Source: a candidate division WOR-3 bacterium (GTDB lineage: Bacteria; Hydrothermota; Tepidihabitantia; Tepidihabitantales; Tepidihabitantaceae). Taken from it: DNA of 40,521 bases. The stretch spans positions 1-40,521 of the forward strand of contig CBFGKH010000012.1 of assembly GCA_965649295.1 (NCBI GenBank). Reading direction: 5' to 3'. Position numbers and translations under genes: made by a program. Below the pieces are notes generated by a model. That model was not told the origin of the DNA. It ran no database searches and saw only the letters and a program-made list of their open reading frames with translations. Below are positions 25,750-38,183 of this stretch, piece after piece; positions within the stretch are counted from its first letter, which is position 1; every line of letters begins with the position of its first letter.

Positions 25750-26727
25750 TTAGTTCGGTGTAAAAGTTCGGATTATCGCCTCAACCTGCGCTAGGGCATT
25801 CAGCTTACGTTGACCGGGATTGAAGACCGACCCATCCAAGAGAAAAAATCGTTCCTGATAGTTGAAAGCATAGGCGACGAACGGCCCTCCCAGTACCCGC
25901 CGGTTGTTCTGCCAGACACCAGTCACTCGCAGCGCCGGCCTGGCCAAGAACAGAATCGACTCGGCCTGAACATAACCCGGCTCAACCGAGTCACCGTCGT
26001 AGAACCGGCCGGTAACTGAGTCCCGCAGCCGCACCACTCCTGCCAGCTCGAGCGGCCGAACGGTATCCTGCCAAAAGACGAAAACACTCCGGTCCGGATA
26101 GTGACCAAAGATATAGAAGAAGCCACGTGCCAGCGAGTCATCGTTCAACCGCCAGCGCTTGGGTACGTCAATCGTGAAGCGGCAGCGCCGACCGATGCTA
26201 TCTGTCAGCTCACGGTCTAGCCCCTCACGATAGACTGCCCGCTGCATCTGCAGCATCAGAATCTCTCGCAGTGAATGCCGAATCCGAGCCGCATAAAGCT
26301 CCAGCCCCGGAACGAGCAGTTCCGGCGTTCGAGCCACAAAGAGAAGAACGAACTGATTCTTGACCCAGGGATTGGTTATCCGAAAAAGACCATAGTCCTC
26401 GGCAGCCAGCGAGTCAGCCCGGCTGCCCAGCAGGGCTAGAACCAGCGAGTCGGCAGTTGTGCCAATCACCAAGAGCAGCCGGAAGCGCGAGTAGGTATCG
26501 AGCCGGTCAAGCGTACCGACGCGGAGCCGAAACTCCGGCTCTGGCTGCGGAGTAGCAACCGGTTGCTGGAGAATACTACTGACCGTCCCAGCCACAGCAT
26601 CCCATTCGCGGCTGATGACCGTCACCTCGCGCAACGGCCCCAGCGGTTGATCAGAAATCGAACTGCAGCCACCTAGCCAGGCGGCAGCCAAAAGCATCGT
26701 TACCGTTGCAGTTCTCACTCTTACCAT
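25750..26727 (-). CDS. Lipoprotein, DUF4837-like
   Basis: Lipobox WLGGC; PQPEPEF, NPWVKNQ, RDSV, GVWQ, GGPFVAY and DGSVFNPG..K resemble DUF4837 from memory. Confidence 0.7.
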   Translation of the reverse strand: MVRVRTATVTMLLAAAWLGGCSSISDQPLGPLREVTVISREWDAVAGTVSSILQQPVATPQPEPEFRLRVGTLDRLDTYSRFRLLLVIGTTADSLVLALLGSRADSLAAEDYGLFRITNPWVKNQFVLLFVARTPELLVPGLELYAARIRHSLREILMLQMQRAVYREGLDRELTDSIGRRCRFTIDVPKRWRLNDDSLARGFFYIFGHYPDRSVFVFWQDTVRPLELAGVVRLRDSVTGRFYDGDSVEPGYVQAESILFLARPALRVTGVWQNNRRVLGGPFVAYAFNYQERFFLLDGSVFNPGQRKLNALAQVEAIIRTFTPN

Positions 26728-26729
26728 CT

Positions 26730-28799
26730 CTAGCCCACACGCAGCAGTTCGGCCCGACCGGCATAGCGGCCGAGCAGTGTCTGCCGAACCGACTCATTCT
26801 CCGGTTGGCTAAGCTGGGGGTCAAGCTCGACCAACCGGAAGGCATCGTGCCGCGCCCTTTCCAGTAGTTGCCGGTCGCGGCCGAGATCGGCAAGCTGCAG
26901 GTCCGGTAGACCGTGCTGCCGGGTGCCGAGTAGTTCACCTGGACCCCGTAACTGCCAATCCTTTTCTGCCAGTTTGAATCCGTCGGTCGTGCGACAGAAA
27001 TACTGCAACCGCTCCAGTGTTTCCGGCAGAACACCAGTGCCCGCAATCAACAGGCAGTATGACTGGCGCTCACCTCGACCGATCCGGCCTCGCAACTGGT
27101 GTAGCTGCGCCAGTCCGAACCGCTCCGCGTGCTCAATAACCATCACCGTCGCATTAGGCACATCAACCCCAACTTCGATGACCGAGGTGGCAACCAGCAC
27201 ATCAATCCCACCGCTTCGGAACTCTTCCATCAGCGCAGCTCGCTCCTCAGGCCTGAGCCGGCCGTGCACCAGTCCAACTCGCCGACCGGGCAGAGCCTGT
27301 CTTGTCTGCTCGAACGTCGCCACCGCTGAAGCCAGGTCCAGCTTCTCACTCTCCTCAATCAAAGGACAGACCACAAAGACCTGCTCACCGGCAGCCAGCC
27401 GACGCTCGATGGCACCATATACCTCCTGCCGCCGACTCTCTGAGAGCAACCGAGTGACCACTGGTCGGCGACCGGGCGGTTTCTCATCGAGAATCGAGAC
27501 ATCAAGGTCACCATAAAGCGTCAGGGTAAGCGTACGGGGAATCGGCGTGGCGGTCATCACTAGAAAATCAGGATTCAGGCCCTTGGCCAGCAAAGCCGCA
27601 CGCTGCAGCACTCCGAAACGATGCTGTTCATCGACCACTGCCACGGCCAGTTGTCGGAAACGGACACTCTCTTCGATCAGCGCATGCGTTCCAAAAAGCA
27701 CCTGCACCTCACCCGACTCAAGGCCGTCTCGGATTCGCTGCCGCTCTCCAGCTTTCGTCGAACCGGTCAGTAATGCGGTTCGAACGCCAAGGTCAGCCAG
27801 CCGACTAGCCCAGTTCCGAAAATGCTGCTCCGCTAGAATCTCGGTTGGTGCCATCATCGCTGCCTGACAGTTGTTGTCCACTGCCACCAGCATCGCATGC
27901 ACCGCCACCACTGTTTTGCCCGAACCGACATCTCCCTGTAACAATCGATTCATGCACCGATTGCTGGCCAGGTCGTGTTCGATCTCAGCGATAACCCGCT
28001 CCTGCGCCTGGGTCAAAGCAAAGCCCAGACTAGCCCGAAACCTCGATATCAGTCGGCCTCCAGTCAGCAGACGACGTTCCTTGGGTACTGCTGCCACTGC
28101 CTGCCGACGCAGAGCCAGCAACAGTGTGAAATAGAACAGCTCGTCATAGACGAGCCGTGCCCGCCCCTGCTCAGCACTGGCAACGTCTTGAGGAAAGTGC
28201 ACCTGCTCCAGCGCCTCGGCTACCGCCGGGTAGTGATAACGCTGCCGCAGCGCTGGCGGCAGCGACTCAGGCACCAGGTGACTGTATTGATCCAACGCTA
28301 TCCTGACTGCTCGCCGAATCGTCCAGATTGACAACCCCTCAGTTAGTGGATAGACCGGAATCACTTTGTTGGCAAAGGTGAACTCATCGCCCCGCAGCAC
28401 TTCAAACAACGGATTGACGAGCTGGTTGTGACGATAAGCGGTGACGGTGCCCGAAACGAGTAGCTCCTGGCCAGGGCGGAACAGCTCTTGCAAGCCGGGC
28501 CGATTGAACCAGAGCACCTCGATCGTTCCGGTACCGTCCCGCAGGAGCAACGAAACAATCTGCCGGCGGCGGCGTGTTCGGCGCGAGCTAACCGTCAGGA
28601 TTCGACCAACCACCGTCACCTCATTGCCGACGCGCAACTCGCCGATTGCGGCAACTCGTGAGCGATCGATGTAGCGCCGTGGCAAGAGATAGAGCAGTTG
28701 GCCAACGGTCTTTACCCCGATTCGCTCCAGCAGCGCCGCCCGTTTCGGGCCGATGCCGCGCAGATACTGAACCGGCGTATCAAGCGGACTGACTGCCAC
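26730..28799 (-). CDS. recG: ATP-dependent DNA helicase RecG
   Basis: MNRLLQGDVGSGKT, MAPTEILAEQH, DEQHRFGV.QR, MTATPIPRTL, VIEVGVDVPNA, ERFGLAQLHQLRGRIGRG and RGPGELLGTRQHG. Confidence 0.97.
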   Translation of the reverse strand: MAVSPLDTPVQYLRGIGPKRAALLERIGVKTVGQLLYLLPRRYIDRSRVAAIGELRVGNEVTVVGRILTVSSRRTRRRRQIVSLLLRDGTGTIEVLWFNRPGLQELFRPGQELLVSGTVTAYRHNQLVNPLFEVLRGDEFTFANKVIPVYPLTEGLSIWTIRRAVRIALDQYSHLVPESLPPALRQRYHYPAVAEALEQVHFPQDVASAEQGRARLVYDELFYFTLLLALRRQAVAAVPKERRLLTGGRLISRFRASLGFALTQAQERVIAEIEHDLASNRCMNRLLQGDVGSGKTVVAVHAMLVAVDNNCQAAMMAPTEILAEQHFRNWASRLADLGVRTALLTGSTKAGERQRIRDGLESGEVQVLFGTHALIEESVRFRQLAVAVVDEQHRFGVLQRAALLAKGLNPDFLVMTATPIPRTLTLTLYGDLDVSILDEKPPGRRPVVTRLLSESRRQEVYGAIERRLAAGEQVFVVCPLIEESEKLDLASAVATFEQTRQALPGRRVGLVHGRLRPEERAALMEEFRSGGIDVLVATSVIEVGVDVPNATVMVIEHAERFGLAQLHQLRGRIGRGERQSYCLLIAGTGVLPETLERLQYFCRTTDGFKLAEKDWQLRGPGELLGTRQHGLPDLQLADLGRDRQLLERARHDAFRLVELDPQLSQPENESVRQTLLGRYAGRAELLRVG

Positions 28800-28805
28800 T
28801 CTCGG

Positions 28806-30858
<2,053 letters not shown>

Positions 30859-30932
30859 TGTCAATGCCGATGACTTGCTGCTAATCGCAGTCTTGGTGAC
30901 GGCCAGAATCAACTCCCTAGTGGGCGACGCGA

Positions 30933-31901
30933 CTACTCTGGCTGCGGACGACAGACAACGGTACTGTGCAACTCCAGCCAGTCGAGCAGTTGTGACACCC
31001 GGCCCTGAGCAAGACCAATACAGGTATCGGCAGCGCCGTAGTAAACATTGATGCTGTCACCGTCATCGCCCAGTGTCGTGCCGCAGACAAAAACAACGTC
31101 ACTGACATCGCCCTGCCGTTCCCACGGCTCATCCGGACCAAGCACCCACTCGTCGCTGCGGCGCAGACATCGCTCCGGCTGCTCGCGGTCCAGCAGCGCC
31201 AGGCCCTGCCGATACAGACAGCCGGCAGCGGTCTGTTTCACACCGTGGTAGAACATCAACCAGCCACGCGCTGTCTCAATCAGCGGCCCGCTCAGCCCAA
31301 TCTTATTCGCATCCCACCAGGCCCCACGCCGTGGCAGTAGCACCGGTCGGTGTCTTCCCCAGTGAAGCAGGTCTGGTGACTCGGCTAGCCAGATGCTGGC
31401 ACCAAGTCCGGTATGAGGCCGATGTAGCATCAGCCATCTGCCGTCAAACCGTCGTGGGAGCAGGGCCGCATCCTTATCATCGGGTGGCATAACCACCCCC
31501 AACCGTTCGAACTGACGGAAGTCGCTTGTCAGCGCCAAGCTGACTGCTGGACCAGCCGGTGAGTAAGCAGTGTAGGTGACAGCATATCTGCCAAGCTCAG
31601 GCAGATAGACAATTCGTGGGTCCTCAACGCCCCAGAGTTCTTCCGGGTGAGTATCCGGGCTGGGCACGAGTGCCGGTTCCGGGTCAATCTGCCAGTCACC
31701 GACACCGTCTCGCGACCTCGCTACCCAGAGCATCGAGATGCCCCGTCGGTCTTCAACCCGACAGAGAAGCAGGGTGGTGCCATCAGCCAATCGCACTACA
31801 CCGGGGTTGAAAACGGTATTGATGGTAACCGGCCAGTCTTTGGCCGAAAGGATTGGATTGCCGGCCACCCGTCGCAACAGACCGTTATCCTGACCGGTCA
31901 T
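30933..31901 (-). CDS. GH130-family glycosidase/phosphorylase (5-bladed beta-propeller)
   Basis: NPIL, VFNPG, RVED, WGVEDPRI, YTAYS, DKDAAL.P, HRP, KIG...P, YHGV, VVF.CG and YYGAADT. AAGGAG SD. Confidence 0.88.
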   Translation of the reverse strand: MTGQDNGLLRRVAGNPILSAKDWPVTINTVFNPGVVRLADGTTLLLCRVEDRRGISMLWVARSRDGVGDWQIDPEPALVPSPDTHPEELWGVEDPRIVYLPELGRYAVTYTAYSPAGPAVSLALTSDFRQFERLGVVMPPDDKDAALLPRRFDGRWLMLHRPHTGLGASIWLAESPDLLHWGRHRPVLLPRRGAWWDANKIGLSGPLIETARGWLMFYHGVKQTAAGCLYRQGLALLDREQPERCLRRSDEWVLGPDEPWERQGDVSDVVFVCGTTLGDDGDSINVYYGAADTCIGLAQGRVSQLLDWLELHSTVVCRPQPE

Positions 31902-31950
31902 CTTCCAGGTTCTCCTTCAGTAGTACCGTCCTGGCGGTCAAACCTACTGC

Positions 31951-34218
31951 TCACTTTGCCTCCTCAATCAGCAACTTCGTCTTACCCATGGTCAGTCGGG
32001 CCAACAGCCAGGCCAGGGTTGATTCCGCCCCCTGATTGAGGCTCACCCGGTCCGGTTCCAACCCATCATGACAGCCGCCAGTAGCGTAGTCATAGAGGGG
32101 CAGGCCAAGGTCGTTACGGCCAAAGAACCACTCAAATGCCCGCACCATCACCTGCCACCAGCGAATGTCGCGCGTCACCTGATAGGCGGCCCGGCCGGCG
32201 TCAATCATCGTCTGCGCCTCGATCGGTTGTTGGGCAAATCTCGCTCGTTCCCCGCCCCGCCGATACCAACCGTTCGAGCCAATCGGCACAAAGTGGCCTT
32301 CGGCCGCGGTTGTCACACCGACCAGCCAGTCGAGCGCTGTGAGCGCATCGTCTACCATGTCCCGACGCCCCATCGCCTGGCCCGAAACAAGCAGGGCATG
32401 GCCGAGCCGGGCATTGGCATAGGTAAGCGATTCTTCGAACCAACGCCAGTCTGCAGTTGCGTTAGCCTGATAGAGCCGATGCAGCCGCTCGGCCAACACT
32501 TCGCGCATACGCCGACCATTCGAGTCACCCGGGAACTTCCGCAGATAGTGATCGAGCCCAAGTAGCGTATAGGCCCAGGCCCGCGGACTGGTAAATAGCT
32601 CGGTTGCCGGCAGGGCTGCCGCTAGCAGGTTCATCGCTGCTGCGGCCATTGCCTCATCCGGCGATAGATTGACTACCCAGCCCAGGGCCATAAGAGCGCG
32701 GCCATGACAGTCCTCAGACCCACAGTCATCAAGCCAACGCCGGTCATAGCTCATCAGATTGTGAAATCGTCCCAACTCCGGAATGAAAGCGTAGTTGAGA
32801 AAAGCAAGATAACGCGATGTCAACACCCGCAGCTCCGACTCAGTCGGCCCAAACTCTCGACTTGCAACTGCCACCATCAATGCCCGGGCATTGTCGTCAG
32901 TTGTGTAGCCCTCAGCATAGTTTGGCACTGAGAAGCGCGCGTGCTGGAAGATACCGGTTGTATCCGACAGCCGCCGCAGGTGCGAAAGATCAACCTCAGG
33001 CAGCTCAACGTCCTGCTCAGCCAAGGTCGCGACCCGGCCGACAGGTCGTGGCCGCTGCTGCCGGTCCGCCCGTGCCCGCGCGAACAAGTCTAGGTAGCGT
33101 CTGGCTACCTCACGCCAGACCATCTGCCGACCGAAAGTGTAGGCCCGCTTGCGCATCGCGTGACGCTCCACCTCATTGTCAAAGAGCCAAATCACCTTCT
33201 CAGCGAGAGCAGTCGGATCGCGAAACGGCACGAGCACACCCCGACCTTCAGCGAGCAGGTCAATCGCATACCAGTAGGGCGTTGAGATTACCGCCTTGCC
33301 TGTGCCAAGCGCATAAGCAAGTGTACCAGAGGTGATCTGTTCCTCATTCAAATAGGGTGTCACATAGATATCAGCCGCACCCAGAAACTCGCGGAGCTCG
33401 CCGATTGACACAAACCGGTTGTGGAAAACGATACTGTCTTGCACCCCAAGCTGCCGGGCCCGCCGAGCCAAGCCCTGCCGATACTCCTCGCCATGTTCGC
33501 GCCGGACATGGGGATGGGTAGCACCGAGCACGATATAGACTACGTCCGGATACTTGGCCACGACTGCCGGCAGCGCCGCAATCATGTTCTCAATACCCTT
33601 GTTGGGCGACAGCAACCCAAACGTGAGAATCACCCGCCGGCCCTCGACTCCAAACTTGTCCTTGTAGAAGTTCGGATCAACAAAGGGCATGTCGGGAATA
33701 CCGTGGTGAATCATCTCAACCTTCTCGTCCGGCACACCCCAGATTGTTCGCAAGAACTCCTGTGCCCGCTCACTCATCACGACCAGCCGGTCCGAGAGCC
33801 GACAGATTTCGTCCATCACCCGCCGTTGTTCATCATTCGGGTTCTTCAATACCGTGTGCAACGTTGTAACAATCGGCACCCGTAGTCGCCGCAGAGTAAT
33901 CAGCAGGTCAGCGCCAGCCGGACCGCCAAAGATGCCATACTCATGCTGCACACAGACGAGACTCGCGCCGCCCATGTTGATGAAGTCGGCAACCTGACGG
34001 TAGCCTTCCGGGTCACGCTGCGGAACTTCAAACCTGACCCGTGCCGGGTAGTCATAGCCTTCGGCGGTGTCGTTCATCGCTACCGCGTAGCAGTCAACAT
34101 CAACTGCCTCCTGGGCAACCGCCTCGCACAGGTCGGTCGTGAAAGTAGCGATGCCGCACTGCCGTGGCAGATAGTTGCCAAAGAATACTATCGAGTTGAG
34201 ACCAATTGCTTTCACCAC
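31951..34218 (-). CDS. Family-4 glycosyltransferase fused to a C-terminal helical (six-hairpin glycosidase-like) domain
   Basis: YLPRQCGIATFT, QHEYGIFGG, TTLHT, TFGLLSPNKG.E and PYLNEEQITSGTL; then GYTTDDNARAL, SEDCHGR, LTYANA, QQPIE and GCHDGL..NQGAESTL. Start GTG 34218 after AAGGAG. Confidence 0.88.
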   Translation of the reverse strand: MVKAIGLNSIVFFGNYLPRQCGIATFTTDLCEAVAQEAVDVDCYAVAMNDTAEGYDYPARVRFEVPQRDPEGYRQVADFINMGGASLVCVQHEYGIFGGPAGADLLITLRRLRVPIVTTLHTVLKNPNDEQRRVMDEICRLSDRLVVMSERAQEFLRTIWGVPDEKVEMIHHGIPDMPFVDPNFYKDKFGVEGRRVILTFGLLSPNKGIENMIAALPAVVAKYPDVVYIVLGATHPHVRREHGEEYRQGLARRARQLGVQDSIVFHNRFVSIGELREFLGAADIYVTPYLNEEQITSGTLAYALGTGKAVISTPYWYAIDLLAEGRGVLVPFRDPTALAEKVIWLFDNEVERHAMRKRAYTFGRQMVWREVARRYLDLFARARADRQQRPRPVGRVATLAEQDVELPEVDLSHLRRLSDTTGIFQHARFSVPNYAEGYTTDDNARALMVAVASREFGPTESELRVLTSRYLAFLNYAFIPELGRFHNLMSYDRRWLDDCGSEDCHGRALMALGWVVNLSPDEAMAAAAMNLLAAALPATELFTSPRAWAYTLLGLDHYLRKFPGDSNGRRMREVLAERLHRLYQANATADWRWFEESLTYANARLGHALLVSGQAMGRRDMVDDALTALDWLVGVTTAAEGHFVPIGSNGWYRRGGERARFAQQPIEAQTMIDAGRAAYQVTRDIRWWQVMVRAFEWFFGRNDLGLPLYDYATGGCHDGLEPDRVSLNQGAESTLAWLLARLTMGKTKLLIEEAK

Positions 34219-34341
34219 TGCCGGGACTCCTTTCGCCGGACAATTGCTGCCGATTCTAGCCTGACTACCTGTCCCAAGCAAGCCCTGGCAAACTGCCACC
34301 AGCCGTCAGAATGGCAACGACGCCGACCAGTCAAACCAAGA

Positions 34342-34371
34342 GCTGGGAGCGGGATGACTCCCGCTCCCAGC
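34342..34371 (-). terminator. Intrinsic terminator-like hairpin after the second C25 gene
   Basis: gctgggagcggga-tgac-tcccgctcccagc is a perfect 13-bp stem, followed on the minus strand by tcttggttt. Confidence 0.75.
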
Positions 34372-34392
34372 AAGGATAAGGCCAGCCTTAGT

Positions 34393-37300
34393 CTAGCGGA
34401 GCATCACCGCCCTGGTGGTCACCCGGCCAGCATCGGTTTCGAGCCGATAGAGATACGTGCCGTTTGCAACGAGCTGGCCCGCGTCATCGCGACCGTCCCA
34501 TTGCACTGTATAGCTGCCAGCTTCGACCTGGCCGCTAACCAGGGTTCGGACGGCCCGACCGCTCACATCGAAGACCACGAGCCGTACCCGGCCCGGTACC
34601 GGCACCTGCCAGTTGACACCAGCGCTGGTCCGGAACGGATTGGGAGCCACTGCCAAGGCGAGGCCACGGTTCAGCCTAACACCACTAGCCGCAGCCTCCT
34701 TGACGCCCACAAACGGTGGGTCAGTCGTGAACTTGATTGCCCGGTTGGCCGTCAACGCCGAGCTACCGCGGTGGTAGTTGTTGTCGAATAGACACTGAAT
34801 ATAGACTCCCGTTGTGGGAACCGCCTGCTCGCCAACCGTGCACGAGGACGGGTCAGTGATTATCTGGTACTGCATCACCGCCTCGCAGTTGCCGTCCCAG
34901 GCAGCCAGGGTTGTATCATAGAGGATAATCTGGAACTTCTGATAATTCGACTGAGCACGATAGAAAGGCACCGAGTCATACTCAACGATGAAGCGATGGT
35001 TCGCCGCGTCGTGATACCACCAGACTCCACCGCCGTAGGGCGGATACATGTCGTCCCAGTGTAGGAAGAAGGCCGGCGGCAGTGAGGTGTTGGGTAAGGC
35101 CGTGTTCGTATAGGTCGAAACCGTGGTCGAACCCAACCCGACCCAACCGTTGCTGCAGATCGAGAGCGTCGTGTAGTTCTGCCCGTAGAACCGGAACGGC
35201 CCGAAGCCAGCCGGCAGGTTGATGGTGACGGTCTGGTCATCAGAAAGCGTCAGCCGTGTACCCAGGCCAGCAATCTCGACCCAGTTGTACTGCGGTGCCT
35301 CACTATACATCGTGTCGGTGTTCTCGTAAGCCCAGTAAAGTGCGGGGGTACGCGGCCCATCCGGAATCGGATCAACCGGTCTAATCTCGCCAACCATGAT
35401 TGTGAACGGCATTCGCTGCACCAACGCACCGCAAGTCACAATCAGCGTACAGGAAATCGGCGTCTCCGGTGCCATCGCTAGAGTTGTGACCGCGAACCGA
35501 TCTGCACTATTCGTGCCCGTGCTCTCCGCCATAATCAGGCCATAGGTACCAAGCGAGTCATCAACCAGCAACCGACTATCACCCGAACGCAACACTGCCG
35601 TCACGTTAGCAGCGTGGCCAAATCCGGTGTTGCGCAGGGTGACCATCAGTTCGGCGCTCTCACTCGGATCAATCCGGCCATTACGGTTACCGCCGGGCAC
35701 ATTGTCGTCAACCGCGTAACCGACATAAGCCAGGTTCGGCGCGCCAACCCGAATCATAACCCGTGATGTCCAAGTTGAATCGTTCGCATCCCGACAGACG
35801 AGCTGGAACTGAATCATATGCCCATTGGTACAGGCCGGCGCGACCGTAAATTCGTAGCCGTCTGCTCCGGTCCAGGCCGAGTCGCGCGCCAGCACTGTCC
35901 CGAAGTTATGCGTCGAGTCAGTCAGGGTAACAAACGGGTCGCTGATGCGCAATGTACCAACCAGACCCACCGCGTTTGAGTCACCATGGTTCTTCACCCA
36001 GAGCGGTAGATTGATTGTCTCTCCCGGATTGACGCTACCGTCACCGTTGCCACCGCCGACATCATCAATCGTATGCCGCAGATAGGTGACATAGGCGGTG
36101 CCTGATGTCTGCGCCAGACAAGTACCCTCAAACGGCAGGATCTTCTGTCCGGTCACGGTGACGTGGAACTCACCCGGGGTCAGAGCATTGATCGCCAAAG
36201 TAACCGTTCCCGCGGCATTGGTGTAGCCGGTGACATAGAACTCGCCCGGCTTCCACAAACAGACGAGCGCGTCCTTGACCGGTGTGCCCTGCCGAGTGAC
36301 CGTTAGTGTCATGTCAAACTGCCCAAGCGGGGCGATAGGCACGTAGTCAACAGTCGGCGCTGCTGGCGCCCCGGTCCAAACACTGAGTGCTGGGTCACCG
36401 AGCCAGTAGTACATCTGCGCATTGTCAGTGCCGCCCTGTGAGCTGTAGTAGCGCTGGATATAGGCATCGGCATTGTTCAGCATCCAGCCCAGATCGTACG
36501 TCGGGCAGGAGTAGAGCCGTACTCCCGGCACGTTGTTCTGATAGGTATCGCCGAGACAGCGGAAGAGCAGCGAGTCCCAACCATGATTCGGAATCGTATA
36601 GGAGGCCTCGGAGGCGCCGACCGAGGCCACGGCTCCGCCCGGATACTTGCGCATCCAGGTTTCACCCATGCACGAAGGTGTCGAAAGGACATGATTGAGG
36701 CAGCAGCAGTTGATCACAACCGGCGTCATGTCGCCGTTGGTCAGAGCATTGACCTGGGCCGCACCCCAACTAGCACCGTTCCGGTCCCAGCCAGTCCATG
36801 ACGTCTCGTCGCCATGGCCACGGTAGTTGACTACTACCCTGCCTTCGTTGATTGCACTCGTGACCATCGCATTGGTACCGTTAGCACCGCCGAAGATGGT
36901 GTCAAAGTTGTAACGGTAGAGCGGGTATGGGAAGTTAAAGATGCCGCGCGAGCAGGCCGCGTACTTCAGCGGATACTGCTCCGAGTGCGCTACCAGCGAG
37001 ACCCGGCTGAACCAGTCGGGAGTCATTGGTGGGTCTTTCTGGAACTTCAGCGTCTTGAGAATCTGTTTGCGCAAGTCGGCCGTGTCCGTAACGCTGAACC
37101 GGCCCAGCCCGACATCAAAGTAGTTGTCCGGCGATGCCGGCGGGACCACATCAACGTACCAGATATCAGCACCGCCGACTGCCGGGTAGTTGTGCTGTGG
37201 AATCTGGTTGTACTCGCCAACGAGAAGCACCCAGCGCAGCACCGGCGGATTGTTGCGATTATACTCAGCCTTGACCGATTCGCGGATGGCAACATCGGTC

Positions 37301-38097
37301 CAGTTCGAGCCATAGATTACCCGCGTCCTGACGCCACGCTTGTAATGCCAGGCGACCAGGCTGTCAAGCCAGCTATTCTGATAAGCACTGTGCGCAATCA
37401 CTAAATAGCGGACGCCCGGATTATCGTTCCAGCGGACATCAACCGGCAACTGATCGAAGTTATCAATGTGCGAGCTGTAAATCCCGGCGAGCCAAGGTTC
37501 AATCACTCGTCGCACCGGCGTACCCGGATGATTCACCCGGACGCGCAGGTGCGTATAGACGCGCAGCTCCTGCTTGGCCGCGTTGTAGGTGACTGGCGAG
37601 ATTTCGATGGTAGCAAACGGCAGTTCGCGCCACTGCGACTGCAAACTCACCCGCGCGAGCTCAGCCGGATACTGAACGTCCTTGGCATAGGCTGCCGGGT
37701 CAATCGTGAACTCTGGCTCGTCGTGGTCAGTCAGTGGCCGCTGGGCCGGGTAAACAAGCACACCGGCGTAGGTCTGATACTCTGCTTCCAGCACCTCAAC
37801 CGTAACTCTCGCATTGTCCGGCAATCCCAGATTGCTGACAATCTGGGGCAACGCCGGTGCCCCAATGATGCCGGTCATCGCCGGCTGCCCTGGCAGGGAC
37901 AAAGCCGTGTAGGTCTGACCGGCCTCAATCTTCTGCTGGGTCTCAACGCCAGTCAGCGTGATGTCCAGCACCGTAGCACTGCTGCCCTCACTCTGCACCT
38001 GCACTCGGGGAGCAGCCGGGCTACCATTGCCCAGCCAACCGCCCACAGCGATGCCAGCCAGAGCCAGCAGCACCAGCACGAAACTAGTCTGTCTCAC
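34393..38097 (-). CDS. Second secreted gingipain-like C25 peptidase with the same C-terminal module
   Basis: GTG 38097 after AAGGAG; signal VRQTSFVLVLLALAGIAVG; GAPALP, YLVIA, VLLVGE, GRF, NYRGHG, CCCLNH, CMGETW and WLGDP; CTD PNPF...FDVSGR...WDGRD...GTYLYRLE. Confidence 0.88.
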   Translation of the reverse strand: MRQTSFVLVLLALAGIAVGGWLGNGSPAAPRVQVQSEGSSATVLDITLTGVETQQKIEAGQTYTALSLPGQPAMTGIIGAPALPQIVSNLGLPDNARVTVEVLEAEYQTYAGVLVYPAQRPLTDHDEPEFTIDPAAYAKDVQYPAELARVSLQSQWRELPFATIEISPVTYNAAKQELRVYTHLRVRVNHPGTPVRRVIEPWLAGIYSSHIDNFDQLPVDVRWNDNPGVRYLVIAHSAYQNSWLDSLVAWHYKRGVRTRVIYGSNWTDVAIRESVKAEYNRNNPPVLRWVLLVGEYNQIPQHNYPAVGGADIWYVDVVPPASPDNYFDVGLGRFSVTDTADLRKQILKTLKFQKDPPMTPDWFSRVSLVAHSEQYPLKYAACSRGIFNFPYPLYRYNFDTIFGGANGTNAMVTSAINEGRVVVNYRGHGDETSWTGWDRNGASWGAAQVNALTNGDMTPVVINCCCLNHVLSTPSCMGETWMRKYPGGAVASVGASEASYTIPNHGWDSLLFRCLGDTYQNNVPGVRLYSCPTYDLGWMLNNADAYIQRYYSSQGGTDNAQMYYWLGDPALSVWTGAPAAPTVDYVPIAPLGQFDMTLTVTRQGTPVKDALVCLWKPGEFYVTGYTNAAGTVTLAINALTPGEFHVTVTGQKILPFEGTCLAQTSGTAYVTYLRHTIDDVGGGNGDGSVNPGETINLPLWVKNHGDSNAVGLVGTLRISDPFVTLTDSTHNFGTVLARDSAWTGADGYEFTVAPACTNGHMIQFQLVCRDANDSTWTSRVMIRVGAPNLAYVGYAVDDNVPGGNRNGRIDPSESAELMVTLRNTGFGHAANVTAVLRSGDSRLLVDDSLGTYGLIMAESTGTNSADRFAVTTLAMAPETPISCTLIVTCGALVQRMPFTIMVGEIRPVDPIPDGPRTPALYWAYENTDTMYSEAPQYNWVEIAGLGTRLTLSDDQTVTINLPAGFGPFRFYGQNYTTLSICSNGWVGLGSTTVSTYTNTALPNTSLPPAFFLHWDDMYPPYGGGVWWYHDAANHRFIVEYDSVPFYRAQSNYQKFQIILYDTTLAAWDGNCEAVMQYQIITDPSSCTVGEQAVPTTGVYIQCLFDNNYHRGSSALTANRAIKFTTDPPFVGVKEAAASGVRLNRGLALAVAPNPFRTSAGVNWQVPVPGRVRLVVFDVSGRAVRTLVSGQVEAGSYTVQWDGRDDAGQLVANGTYLYRLETDAGRVTTRAVMLR

Positions 38098-38183
38098 TTC
38101 TGCACTCCTTTCGGTCTGAAAGCCCAACGCCCGCAGCAGACAGCAGCGGTACTCTTGGGCCAATTGGATGAACTCATCCCAAG

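Noticed and set aside
38098..38163. ORF-track N-terminal extensions (also 5319, 6424, 7416, 16106, 17254, 34299)
   Set aside because: Downstream starts have an SD, a promoter or stop-start coupling and give family-typical N-termini.
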